Below, in pieces: positions 47,001 through 59,200 of a stretch of DNA of 64,000 nucleotides. The stretch spans positions 310,001-374,000 of the forward strand of contig JAQGDQ010000031.1 of NCBI GenBank assembly GCA_030141605.1. The letters run 5' to 3'. Each line of letters begins with the position of its first letter. Position 1 is the stretch's first letter. Position numbers and translations under genes: made by a program. The stretch comes from Tubiluchus corallicola (taxonomy: Eukaryota > Animalia > Priapulida). Below the pieces are notes generated by a model. It had not been told where the DNA came from. It saw only the letters and a list, made by a program, of their open reading frames with translations, and searched no databases.

Positions 47001-50000
47001 TTGGGGCCCAATACACAGGAGACAATTTCGCACCAGATGAATTTGTTCAGCCGCAGTTAGATTTCGACTATGATGGTAAAAGAGACAGGTAAGCTAAGAA
47101 ACGCATACCTGTACATGCAAAAAGCACTTGATTAATTCTCTTAGCACATGTATTATCCAAACAAGAATAAAGTAAAAAAACAATCCAATCCTTTCTTTAA
47201 AATATGCATGGAAACAATTTTTTGATTCTTTCTTGTAGCATACAGTTATCTTTTCTTTCAGTTTTACTACTTTACTAGTTGGTAATTTATTAAATTATTT
47301 AGGTGGAATGGCTACGACCCAGCTGAGCACAAACAAATCATAGAAGAATATAATAAAATTGAAGCAGCCAAGCGCCACCTTAAAGCACAGAAATTAGAGG
47401 AAGATCTACTACGTGGTGAAGGGGTTGACGCAGGCACGGTGGGTATTTCTTTTGCTAGTATTTTGTAGGTTTACCTGTTATATCTGTAAACAGCTTTTTT
47501 TGATATGTTGCTACACTGTGTTAGACCCACTCACAGGGTAATGGTTGTATGTTAGACAATAAATTTAAAAACTCTAGTTTGAAAACTGTAAACTAAAATT
47601 AGTTTTTTACCAGCCTTAGTGTTCATTCATTTTCTTAATCCAGTAAAATTCGCTTACTCAATCCAGCTGCTTTATGTGGCCAATATGGCTGGAACGGAAC
47701 TGTATAATACTTTAGCCTCGTAAATCCCGTCGTTTATTAAATCCAAACTTTGTTTTGCAAACGCACCTTGCTCGCTGCAAAGCAGCAAAATTGCGGCATA
47801 AGATCACATGATCTTGCCGCATTTTCACATTAGCTAGATCAGCGTATTTGTTCTAAGCACGTTTTACACCTTTGCATTTTTTCCAATTAATTTTTTGTAT
47901 GTAGCTGTCTAATTTACACGTCACAGTACTGAAGCATCTGTCAAGCACAAAGCAAATCATTGAATTAAGTTAAACTAATATGCTAATTCTTGCTTATAAA
48001 CTGTGTCTGGGAATGTCAGTATCTACAGAAATGACTGCTGAATCATCACTGATAGTAAAGTTACATGTTTTACATTTTTTTTTGAATTAACAAACAGCTT
48101 ATCACATATAAATGGTGACAACTTCATAGATAAATAATACGTACTTTAAGCAAGTTAATTTAATTATACCAATGCTAATAAATTATTGTACTTTGCTTAA
48201 AAACTATTCGCGAGCTGTATACAAGTTTTAAGAGTATTGACTTCGTAAATGAACAATACGCATTGTAATAACATAGAAAATGCTACTTAATAGACGTCTT
48301 CGGTTTATTAATCCAGCCGCTTAATAATTCCATTTAGCTTCCCACTATGATCAATTTATTAAGGGAATATACTGTGTAACGAGTTTTTATATGCTTTTTA
48401 ACATATCGCGTCTAATATAACGCATTGTCTGTTTAGGCAAAGGTGTTATTAGATGACGACGAAGAGGATGAAGATAAGTATGCAGATGATGCTGACATGC
48501 CGGGCACTAAAGTGGACAGCAAACAACGCATCACCGTACGAAACCTACGAATTCGAGAAGATGTGGCCAAGGTATAGCATTTATACAGTAAAATATACAT
48601 GTGGTAAAAAGCTAGAAATGTGTTAAAACAAATCTCCTTATTTTCATTATGTGTGAAGGTAAAAAAAATTTATGCATTACTGGCATGGTAACCTGCAGGC
48701 TGAGTACGTATTAACCTAGAAGCCCTGAATGCAAGGCACCGCAGAAAAAAGGGGAGATCCTACAAAAATTGTTTACATTTATGTCTATGTCAGTATTTTT
48801 GATGATGTATTAGTATTTTTACATACAATTTTTATATCTCCAATGTTATAAGTACTATTTTGTTGTCTAACTTAGGTAGTAAATATATGAATATTAGAAG
48901 TGTTCTGTTGCTAAGAATTTCTCATCTTCGTTGGAAGTAGCGTTTTTGGGCGTTGTATTACTTCTGCAGAGATTTTTTTACTAAACGATTATTATACCTC
49001 ATTTTGCGAATCGCCACCAATGTTGAAGATGTGAACCAAATGGTGCATTCAGACTACAGAGATTTCTCGCCAATTAAGCTTGCAGAGTAACTCGCAAGGG
49101 TGTGCAGACTAGAGAGTAAAACTTGCCGTGAGTTAGTCTCCGACAGCTGACATTCACTTCTCTTTTCATTCTGAGAAGTGTACAGATCAACTTGCCGAGG
49201 TGTTCACACTAGACAGTATCTTGTAGGAAATCAGTCCACAGCAAGCTGTCAGAGAGTTTGCAATAACTTGCCGACAGTAACTCACAAAAAAGTTCACACT
49301 TGCGAGATTGCTGTCAGAGAGAAAACTCGCGACAGAAAACTGGCTAGTCTAAATGCGTCATTAAACTCTAAAGTTGTAAAACTTCCTGCTCATACTTTTC
49401 TTGAGAAACAAAATGTAATGGATTTGTTTTAATTGCCTTTATATTTATAGCAGATGTTGATGCAGACTTGTTTGTTTTTTACAGTATCTGAGAAACCTTG
49501 ATCCTAATTCTGCATACTATGATCCAAAAACCAGAGCAATGAGAGACAATCCTTATAAGCATCTGAGTAAAGATGCTGCAGAGTAAGTTTGATGGAAATT
49601 GTCAGCATTTTCCATGTGCTGCTTATTCATTCATGGAAAATAATGCAAAAATTATACTTATAATTGAATATACAGTCAAACCTCTTTGTACCGCCCACCT
49701 TGGGACTCCAAAAAAGTTGATATTAAGCGAGTTTGGCATTCTAACGAGGTGCATTAATATATACACGTCTATTCAACTATGGGCTTTTTTTACCAGAAGT
49801 CTGGGCATTATGACAAGGTTTTACTATATGTATATAATTTCTGGATGTTTCTACAATTTTTGCATTGTAACTGATGATGGCATTAATATAATGCATCTGA
49901 TTGTTTAAGTATGCTGTCATGTGCCGTTTCGTTTAACGTTTTCCTAATTAGAAGGAGAAAAGAAAAAAAGAAAAAAAACAAAACCTTTTGTCAACTATTT

Positions 50001-53000
50001 TATAAATTTTTAAATTTTTGGTTGTTTGTGTTTTTTCCAAAGTTTAGAGATTACAGCAATATGGTATTTTGCCATAATCTGTCTTACAAAGCTGGTAATC
50101 TCACTGCTTGTCGTTACTTGTAAGTTAACCAATAGCAGTATTTCCAAAAACTTTTGAATTTATTACTACTGAACGTGGTCCACAATACTAGCTTTAACTC
50201 TGTATTTTTTTACAGTAGAAAGCCAGAACATTCTTCATAACAGCCTTATTTTTGTTGATTAGACTTGGCCAATATTAACTGCCTTGAGGAAATACAACAG
50301 TAATTGTAACGTTTTACATTCTTAGATTTCATGCAATGTCAGTATGTGTCAGCTCATATTAAATTTTTTCATTATTATTTAGGTTAGATTACATGGGTGA
50401 TAATTTTGTTCGCTACACTGGTGACACGGCTAAAATGGCAAAAACTCAAAGTAAGTTAACTGTTGACGAATTAATAATGTTGCTTCTTATTATATGGAAA
50501 TGTTACACAACTAATACTGAACTTAGAGTATGGACATTTCAAATTAGCTGGCAATTAACAATATCATTAATTAGAATATCACTGTGAATGCAAGAAGTTA
50601 AGCGTGCAAGCAATGTTCTAGTATTCGCATTCGTAATCTAAATAACGATATTGTTAATTTGACGAGTTGGTACAATAGGTATTTCCCTATTGTGACATAA
50701 GTATAAGTTGAGCTGTTGGATTGTGCTCTATAAAAAAGAGAAAGAGAAATCAGGCCTGCTGTACAATGCTGAACGAACAGCTTGGGTGTCAGAGCATGGG
50801 AGTTCTAATCCACGGTTTCTGGTTCAAGTCCCAACTGGTTCACACTTTTTGAGTGTCTACTTTTTTTCAGCTCATTGGCTGCAAGGTTAATAGGTGTTGT
50901 GAAATAAACTGCAATGGTTTATTAATGGCTGGCATTCGCAGTCAGTCCAATTAATGATACCACTGAACATTTTTTTGATTCATTGAGGAAAGTCGGTGTT
51001 GCAAGTGCATGTAAACTACATAGCTTTGCTGATAATGCAAGACAAAGAAATTGCACTTCTTTTGAAAACTATTCAAATTATAAAAGGATTAAGTATAACA
51101 ATCTAGGCAACATAAATACACCAAGTGTTTGCACACCGTAGATGTCTACTCTGTAAGTTGCTATAGTTTTTATTTTTACAATTTATTTAATTACATTTTG
51201 GGGATAATTAGCTAATGCCTAGGAAAATAAATTATCAAATTAAAGGTTTAATTAATCAAACACTGCAGACTTATTAGTTAAGTAATGCTGATCTGATTTT
51301 TTAAAGTAATTTACATAAATCAATGCACAGAAAGATGTTAAAACTTTATTACTGCATTCATTTCTTGACTCCCTGCCAGTGGTTTCTTTGTTTATTCACT
51401 CAGATGAGACGAAAAATGCAATAAAACATGAAACTAAGATCTTGCAAACATTAGTAACTGTAACCCAAAATGGCTAGTTTCACTTTCAACTTATTGCAAC
51501 AATTCTTTAACATTTTTACAACACACTTTTTCTGAATACAATTTTTTGTTTCACGTGTCGTGTTACCTAAAGGTTTTGCGATTTTCTATTCAGTGTTTGC
51601 GTGGGAGGCTTACGAAAAAGGAGTGGATGTCCATCTGTTAGCCGAGCCTACAAAACTAGAGCTACTCAAAAAAGAGTACAGCGTGAAGAAGGAAGAGTTT
51701 GAGGAGGGAAAGAAAGACAGCATATTAGAGAAATACGGCGGCATGGAACACATGGATGCCCCTCCAAAGCACCTCCTGCTTGCACAGACTGTGAGTTTTA
51801 GATAATATTAAAAATTGCATATCTAGTGGCAAATATTTCTACTTTTCACTTTCTATTTTTTTAAGTTTCTGTGGTAGTTTATCTTCAGCAGAATTGGTCG
51901 TCTTTTAAACAAGATAATTGTTTACACAAGTCTTAGAATAGCAGCATCATTTGCTGTGCAAATGCTTCATTATGAGATACTGCAATTTGCAAAGCTGTCT
52001 AATACTGTACTAATTATAATACTGTGAATTTGGTGGATCAACATTGGTGAGTTGTTGCACACTAATTTACCATTAAGCATACGTTTGTCGTATTTGTACT
52101 TGATTCACCAGACTATGATTGTAATGTGAACTCTCTTGTAGGAGAATTACGTGGAATACTCTCGAAGTGGGAAAGTGATTAAAGGACAAGAAAAAGCTGT
52201 CACAAAATCTAAATACGAAGAGGATGCTTTGGTAAACAATCACACAGTAAGTTATTAGTTTTTGTCTTTATAAATACAGTAAGATTTTATCAAAAAGGGA
52301 ATGTTATTCAGTGTCATTTTGAAACTGTCGAATCCTTTCTTAAACTTATTTAGATATAAATTATATGTATTTTTGTTTATGTTTGTAGAGCGTCTGGGGC
52401 TCTTGGTGGAAGAATGGTCAATGGGGTTATAAATGCTGTCATTCGTTAGTCAAACTGTCATACTGTACCGGTTCGAAAGGTCTTGAGGTAGACGAGGTTG
52501 ACGACGGTCACGCTATTTTGGAAGAACATTTGCAAGTAGAAAATGAAGAACAGAAATCTTTGGTACAGGTAAGTTTATAAACTTTTGCATTGTTGTTTTT
52601 GTTCACAACTGAATATTTTGTTCACAATGGATTTTATTTTCTTAAACTACTGAATGGAAATAGTGGCTCTTACTGTTTAGTAATTATTACGACGTAAATA
52701 ATAATAATAATTATTATTTTTTAACCACGGCATGTAATTCTATTTTATATGTTTTACTGCAGCTCCATCAAGACAAATTGGAAAAGAAAAAAAAGCGCAA
52801 GAAAAAAAAGAAAAAGAAGACAGACAGTAGTAGTATCAGTAGTAGCAGCAGCGACGATGAAGAAGAAGCAACAAAAGAAGATAAGGTTAACAAACGGAAA
52901 TTAAAAGAAGTAAGTAACAATTAAATCAGTGTTCTACATATTCATTAGTAATTCTGTGATCAGTTAGCAAACACATTGCTCTATTTCATGACATTTTTAG

Positions 53001-53540
53001 TCTAATTTCAAGGGAAGTTTTTAATGTGAACATTTTCCTTTAAGTTTTGGTAGAAAAATCGCAGTTTTTTTTAACTGCATCACAATTTTTGTCAAACTTT
53101 AACAATTTACTATTTTATAAACGTTTGTTTGCTTCAGACGAACAGTACTTTTTAACATCAGACACCTCTTTTGTACCTGTACTTACAAAAGATGCGTATC
53201 TGTACCTTGTAATGAGCTGATCAAATTTTTAATATGTCGCTTTCTGTTTTCTCTCAGTTTCTTATGCTGCTGCAACGAGGTTGTATGTTCCTCCATGTAT
53301 ATTATATGTAAACTTGTTGTTTTAGTGTGGTAACATTTATAATTTATTGTTATTTGTCGACAGGCCCTCCTGAAGGAAGAAGAAAGCAAACGAAAGGCAG
53401 AATTCCTGCTCAGCATGGATGAACGCAAACGACCATACAACTCAATGTATAATGTTAAAGCACCTACAGAAGAGGAAGTAGAAGCATTTCAAATTAAGCG
53501 AACTCGTTCTGATGATCCAATGGCACAGTTCCTGAAATAA
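44062..53540 (+). CDS. SLU7: Pre-mRNA splicing factor SLU7 (13 coding exons, about 578 aa)
   Basis: Exons 44062-44225, 45659-45806, 46327-46407, 46988-47088, 47303-47438, 48437-48571, 49485-49582, 50383-50450, 51594-51790, 52142-52246, 52389-52568, 52763-52909 and 53364-53540 join in frame. Motifs [19 protein letters not shown], zinc knuckle [50 protein letters not shown] and DDPMAQF. Confidence 0.97.
47641..48375. mobile_element. Degenerate pogo/Tigger-like MITE
   Basis: Starts CAGTAAAATTCGCTTA and ends TAAGGGAATATACTG; AATCCAGC subterminal motifs occur near both ends. Confidence 0.4.
49039..49362. mobile_element. Harbinger-like MITE
   Basis: Inverted ends AATGGTGCATTCAGACTA and TAGTCTAAATGCGTCATT (15/18), with internal AACTYGC repeats. 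Confidence 0.5.
49672..49827. mobile_element. pogo/Tc1-like MITE
   Basis: TA|CAGTCAAACCTC start and degenerate AGGTTTTACTA|TA end. The internal TAAGCGAGTTTGGCATT is also present at about 7943, and a related end is at about 32200-32215. Confidence 0.5.
50770..50850 (+). mobile_element. tRNA-derived SINE head or tRNA pseudogene
   Basis: TGAAC...GTTCA ends, A-box-like AGCTTGGGTGTCAGAGC, B-box GGTTCAAGTCC and a following T-run. The stems are too imperfect for a functional tRNA. Confidence 0.45.
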
Positions 53541-54555
53541 TTCTCAAAAGTTTCATCTAAATATTGGTTTCTCCCAAGACAATTTTCTTACTGTAAATCG
53601 TGTACATATTATAGATTACTTGTTCTGTTACTATTTTTTAACAATTCTGTGTTATATTTTGTAAATACATTTATTTGAAAATTATGCTATTTGAAAATTA
53701 TGCTGTGACTGAGTAATAGGCAGCCTGTTAGCTATGCATTCAGTGCTGAAATTCGAAAAACTGAAATTAGAGAGAACTAAAGTAGCACTTTTTCAGCTGT
53801 ACTTATTGAAATATTTTTTTTTAAATTCCTCTAAACATGATATCAGATACTCTGGAAACATTGAAAAACTTGAAATAGTTAATTGTGGTCACATCTGCAA
53901 AGGTTTCAGGTGCCGAAAGCTCATTCATTTTCACATGATTTAGAGTGATTGTGTATAAATCTTGATAAACGCGAAGAATAAAATTCTACAAACAACTATA
54001 ACTGTGTAAATAAATAAAACCTGATTTTTGATATCACGAGTTTTTAGAAGACGCATATGGTGACTTTTTACACATACAGATTTTATTCATTAGTTGGACA
54101 CGTTAGCATCCGTCGTCTTTTACAGCAGAGAAAACAGATTAATTTTGTGTAACAAATGCAGTTTATCTTTCTAAACTAAATCTTTGACTTATACACAATG
54201 CAGTTGTACAAATTTTAAATTTGAAGATAAACATGATGACAAGATGTTTAAGGAGATCTTTCACAAAACATGAGTGCCAACGTACAATTTGAATAAAATC
54301 CTTTAGATAATTTTATACAACACTAAGAATTTAAATTTAACTCTGAATCACAATGGTTATCAGTGCAAAAAAAACTAGCTGGAAGGTTAAAATAGACATG
54401 AATTTGATTTTCAAGGTGCGACTTCCTGAGTTCTATAATTTGTATATGCCAACATAGTAAAGAAACTGTAATTAACAGAAACATGATTACACTTGTCAGA
54501 AGCTCGACACTGTAAAAAAAGTGTAAAAGCAAAAGTTATATCACAGCTAGTCAAA

Positions 54556-55109
54556 CAGACCTGAGTATTCTGAAAATTATGCAACATAATTACATTTCAT
54601 AGAACAGAAAGCTGATAAATATCACAGATCCGAGTATTCTCAAAATTATGCAACATAATTACACTTTATAGAATAGAAAGCTGATAAATATCACAGATCC
54701 GAGTATTCTCAAAATTATGCAACATAATTACACTTTATAGAATAGAAAGCTGATAAATATCACAGATCCGAGTATTCTGAAACTTGTGCAACATAATTAC
54801 ACTTTACAGAATAGAAAGCTGATAAATATCACAGATCTGAGTATTCTGAAAATTATGCAACATAATTACACTTTATAGAATAGAAAGCTGACAAATATCA
54901 CAGATCTGAGTATTCTGAAAATTATTCAACATAATTACACTTTATAGAATAGAAAGCTGATAAATATCACAGATCTGAGTATTCTGAAAATTATGCAACA
55001 TAATTACACTTTATAGAATAGAAAGCTGATAAATATCACAGATCTGAGTATTCTGAAAATTATGCAACATAATTACACTTTATAGAATAGAAAGCTGATA
55101 AATATCACA
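54556..55109. repeat. 69-bp minisatellite, 8 copies
   Basis: GAGTATTC recurs at 54563, 54632, 54701, 54770, 54839, 54908, 54977 and 55046. Confidence 0.97.
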
Positions 55110-56239
55110 TACGTAACGACTAGAAACAAAAACAAATATCACAGAGTTGTGAAAATGTGAACTAAACATTGTAACACTCCTTCAAGAAAGTTTGCGAAGT
55201 ATTGCATCTTAAGTATGAATAAATTGGCATAAAAATCAGAGGACAAATTTACAGGGTAAAAGAACATATTTCCTGAGCCCAAAAAGTAGATGATGCCTAA
55301 TAAACACTTCTGAATCCCCTGAATCTGTACATACAAACTCCACTATATTACATGTGTCTGTGTTACATTCAAAAACACAATCATCAGAAAATGACCACTA
55401 AAATGAGGTCACAAATAATAACTTGCATTGTTGTATACATAACACTCGTACGTGACTACAGAGCTGTGATTCTACTAAAAACATTAGTTTTTAATGACAA
55501 ACTAAATAATTTAGTACAATAACAAGTGCATGACTAACTACATGAAATATATTCAGCTAAACACAGAAAACACGTCTGAAGCAATAACAACACATCAAGA
55601 TGCAGAGAATATCTTTACCTACAAGACTTTTATATATATAGTTAACATTTATACTTTTATAACTGCACACTAAGACTATGCTTTACTTTTACAAATGTGT
55701 ACAAGACAGTAAAGGTTGTAAATATGACATAAAATCATTCATTTGTTTATTTGAAGGACTGGTACTTTTGAAATTTTTTCTAATCTGTTTATACATGACA
55801 TTTCGCTATTTTCTCGGCCACTTTCTTGCTATACTATGCTGTGATTCCATTTTTGGGTACTTGTCATTTTATCACATCATTGCCTATCTTTGGTCACTGG
55901 CTGATAATAAACAATTTTAAAATGAAGCATTTGTGAATTTCCGATAATGATAAATACAGTTTAGTTTCCTGAGCTGAGCGACCGAAGGTGTAGATGCAAC
56001 CATGCAGTCTTGAGTTCGAGCCTAACGTCTGCATACGTAGAGCATATACTCTACATGTTATTCGTTTGTGTGTTGCGTCCTTACCTGTATTGTTGCAAGT
56101 GTAAATCACTAAATAGCCGTTAATGTTAATGTTGTCTGTTAAATGAGGGTCGATAAAAAAAGTTGTCTTTGTCTTTGTTTCGACTTTTTTGCAACATTGA
56201 CAGTTTTCAAGTTCCTACGTTTTGCAACATTGACAGTTT

Positions 56240-59200
56240 TCATTGTTTGTGACTAGCTGGTGATATCTTTTTACTAGACTTTAAAGCAAAGCTGACATGT
56301 TTTCTGGAATGCTTTCCTTTCTTGTCTTTTGATTTCAAATCCCGAGATGTGCTGCTAGGTGATACCGGTACGTTAGCTGGTTTCTCAGCAGCACTAGCAA
56401 CTACAGCAGCAGTAGTAGTGCCATCACTAGGTTCAGAAACATTCTGCCACAAATCCGAAGGAGTGGGTACAAGATCATGTAAAGTCACTGACTGATACAT
56501 CAGGTTTTCACTAATATCTGCTGGACTAGTGCGGTCAGAGTCACCATCGCTTTTCTGAGACTTAGGAGCCTCATGTTTAGCAGCAACAGACTCTCTTACA
56601 GAAGACTTTTTCGTTAGAGCATCTGGATACTCTTCTTTGGTACGTTGTCTTGACCACGTTCGCCTCTCTTCCTTTAACGGTGTTTGAGAACCTGAGGATA
56701 AGGTTGCTACTTGAGTCACTTCCGGGTGAACATCAACTTTAAGAAGTTTCTCTAGACCTTTTATTGCTAGAGCAGTTTGTTGTTTATAGTTAAGAAGCTG
56801 TCGTTCCAGAAGTTCGATACGAGTATCTGATAATGCACAATGAATGCTGCAGTGACTGCAGGTGTCAATTTTAGCAATTTCATCTCTTTCAAAGTTTTCT
56901 TCATCAGATTCTATTTCTTCGCTGTCAGCAAAATGTTGCTTGCTGTCGTTTATGCTCTCATTATTGACATAACTACGATCATCGCTCACTAAGGATAGAT
57001 TAGAATCTACGGTTTGACAAGCAACATCCTTTACAACAATTCTGCTGCTGGATTTCTGTAAAATTTAAAAAAAAGTTAACTTCAATATTCCCTCATATGA
57101 AAACTGAGTCTAAAACTTACAGGTTTAAAGATGGTACGTGTGATTGCAAACCAAAACCATCCAATGGAGATTCAAGATATGTGAATAAATAGAAAAGCTT
57201 AAATGTAGACTTATGGACGATTTTGCTATTCAAGCACACATATTTTAATTCTTAACAGTTTAGCCAGCACATTTTATACTAGAATTATGCAAGCAAAAAT
57301 GAAAAATTAAAGAGGATACGTGAACTTGTGCTAGATAAAGTTGTTATGCTGGCAAACATAATCTAAGTAGACTTCAGCTCCTAGAAGATAAGAAAAAGCG
57401 AAACTCGCAATTCATCAAATCATTTTTATCAAATCCGGAAGCCAGACCCCAACTTAGATTATCCAGTGGCTTATATGTAGGTAATCATAGTAATAAAAAG
57501 AACATATTACCCTGCCATTGATACCAAGCTGTGCCAAACTTGGCCACTTGTACTTTGCAGACTGAGAACTTACTGAGCTTACTGAGCATAGCCTTTCCAA
57601 TCCAGAATTATCAAACAAAACTTGAGACTCCTCTTCGACAACACGAGCCAAGTCATCTAGCCTAATCGAAACGAAAAGTATGAAAATAATTTTAAAAAAA
57701 AGTAATATAAAAACATGTAGTTCTCATCTCCTGAGGCTATTAGCATATTCTATTTTTTTTGCAAAACAGTTAAACTGCTGACCAGTACAGAAAAATTCTT
57801 AATCAGTGTGTAAAAATTTCTAAACAATTTACACGAAAACATGATAAGTGCGCCAAACTTTCCAAGCTTGCATATGTAAACATTATTATTATTAATATTA
57901 TTATTAATAATTAACATTATTATATGTAAACAAGTATGGTAATTAATGCTAACATCTCACCTAGTTGAAATTTCATTAAAACGTCGATCTACAGGCGTTA
58001 TTTCCGAGTCGCGTAACCTCAGAAATTGGAACATGCATTCTTTCTCCAGCAATTGCAAATGCTCAGTATAACACGCAGGAAATTCCTCACCTTGCAAAAC
58101 ACGTGAAAACCTCTTTAAGAAGGCACTTTATAACTTTTTGCTGTGTTAACAAACCTTTACTTCATTTCTGTGAACTAATATTTAGTTTTCAGTATTTTAA
58201 GAAAAAGGCATAGCCTAACATGACCTTCTGTAATACAAGTTGCCCCAAACACGGCCAAGGGTTACTAAAGGTGACACTGTTTGGAGTGATTTGTATAAAA
58301 AAATTAGAGCTGTGCATTTTTTCTTGGAGTGAGCTAAATAGTCAACCCCTCTACACATAAATGACGAGATTTAATGACAATTACATAAAGAATAACAAAT
58401 TATGTAGTGCAACAGGATTTTTTTATGTTACAAAAGGACACATACACAACACGGAAACACCAATCCCGGAGAAAATAATTAGGGGTGGTACTTGCAAGAC
58501 ACCAGAATTTTCCTGGAAGACGATACTGTTTTTGAGTTGTTCGTAACTTTTTATTTTTCTAGAGTATAAATTGCATTTTTGAGTTAGCCAAAGTAAATTT
58601 ATTTTTATTAAATGGACTATAATTTTTTATTTGAGTTAGGCGAAATTTTGAGTTACAATTTTGAGTTAAGCGATATTTTTTGTGGGAAAAATGAAGAATT
58701 CGATCCGTTCCGCTGAAATTCTTTGAGTTAGGTGAAAATTTGAGTTATGCGATTTTTAGTTACGCAGAGTTTACTGTAATAATTGTCACATCACTCTACT
58801 TATTTCTACCAGTGACTGATGAACTAAGTTATTAATTTAATCTACATGTTACAAGACTTCTCTAATAAAGATAGACTTCACACTGCCATTGTAATGCCAT
58901 TATAATATAGGCAGGGCTCTGCACTATTTCAGTCTAATTTCTGCAAGTTAGTCTTAGTGATTATTAGCTGCTTATCAGTCACGATCTCGGCAGAGCTTGA
59001 TTAGTCTGTTTCAGTTCCAACCTCGATCTCATAATTTTAAATGGGCCAAGAAATTAGAAATGCTGAGCTAAAGATTTGATAAGAAACAACTAACTGTCTA
59101 ATGCATAAAATAAACTTGTTTTTGCTCAGAACAGGTTGTAAGAAATCTAGAGCCTTGCTAGAAGTCTAGAATACACGTGCAATGTGGGTAATCTTTTACG

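Noticed and set aside
44062-53540. Functional link between SLU7 (3' AG selection) and the nearby decoy splice-site arrays
   Set aside because: SLU7 acts in trans, so proximity is most likely coincidental.
56187-56242. 23-bp duplication covering the TRPM stop codon
   Set aside because: The repeat is real, but the second copy lies in the 3' UTR with no evident consequence.
58912-59157. Possible hAT MITE (CAGGGCTCT...AGAGCCTTG)
   Set aside because: Only an 8/9 terminal match and no TSD; too weak to call.
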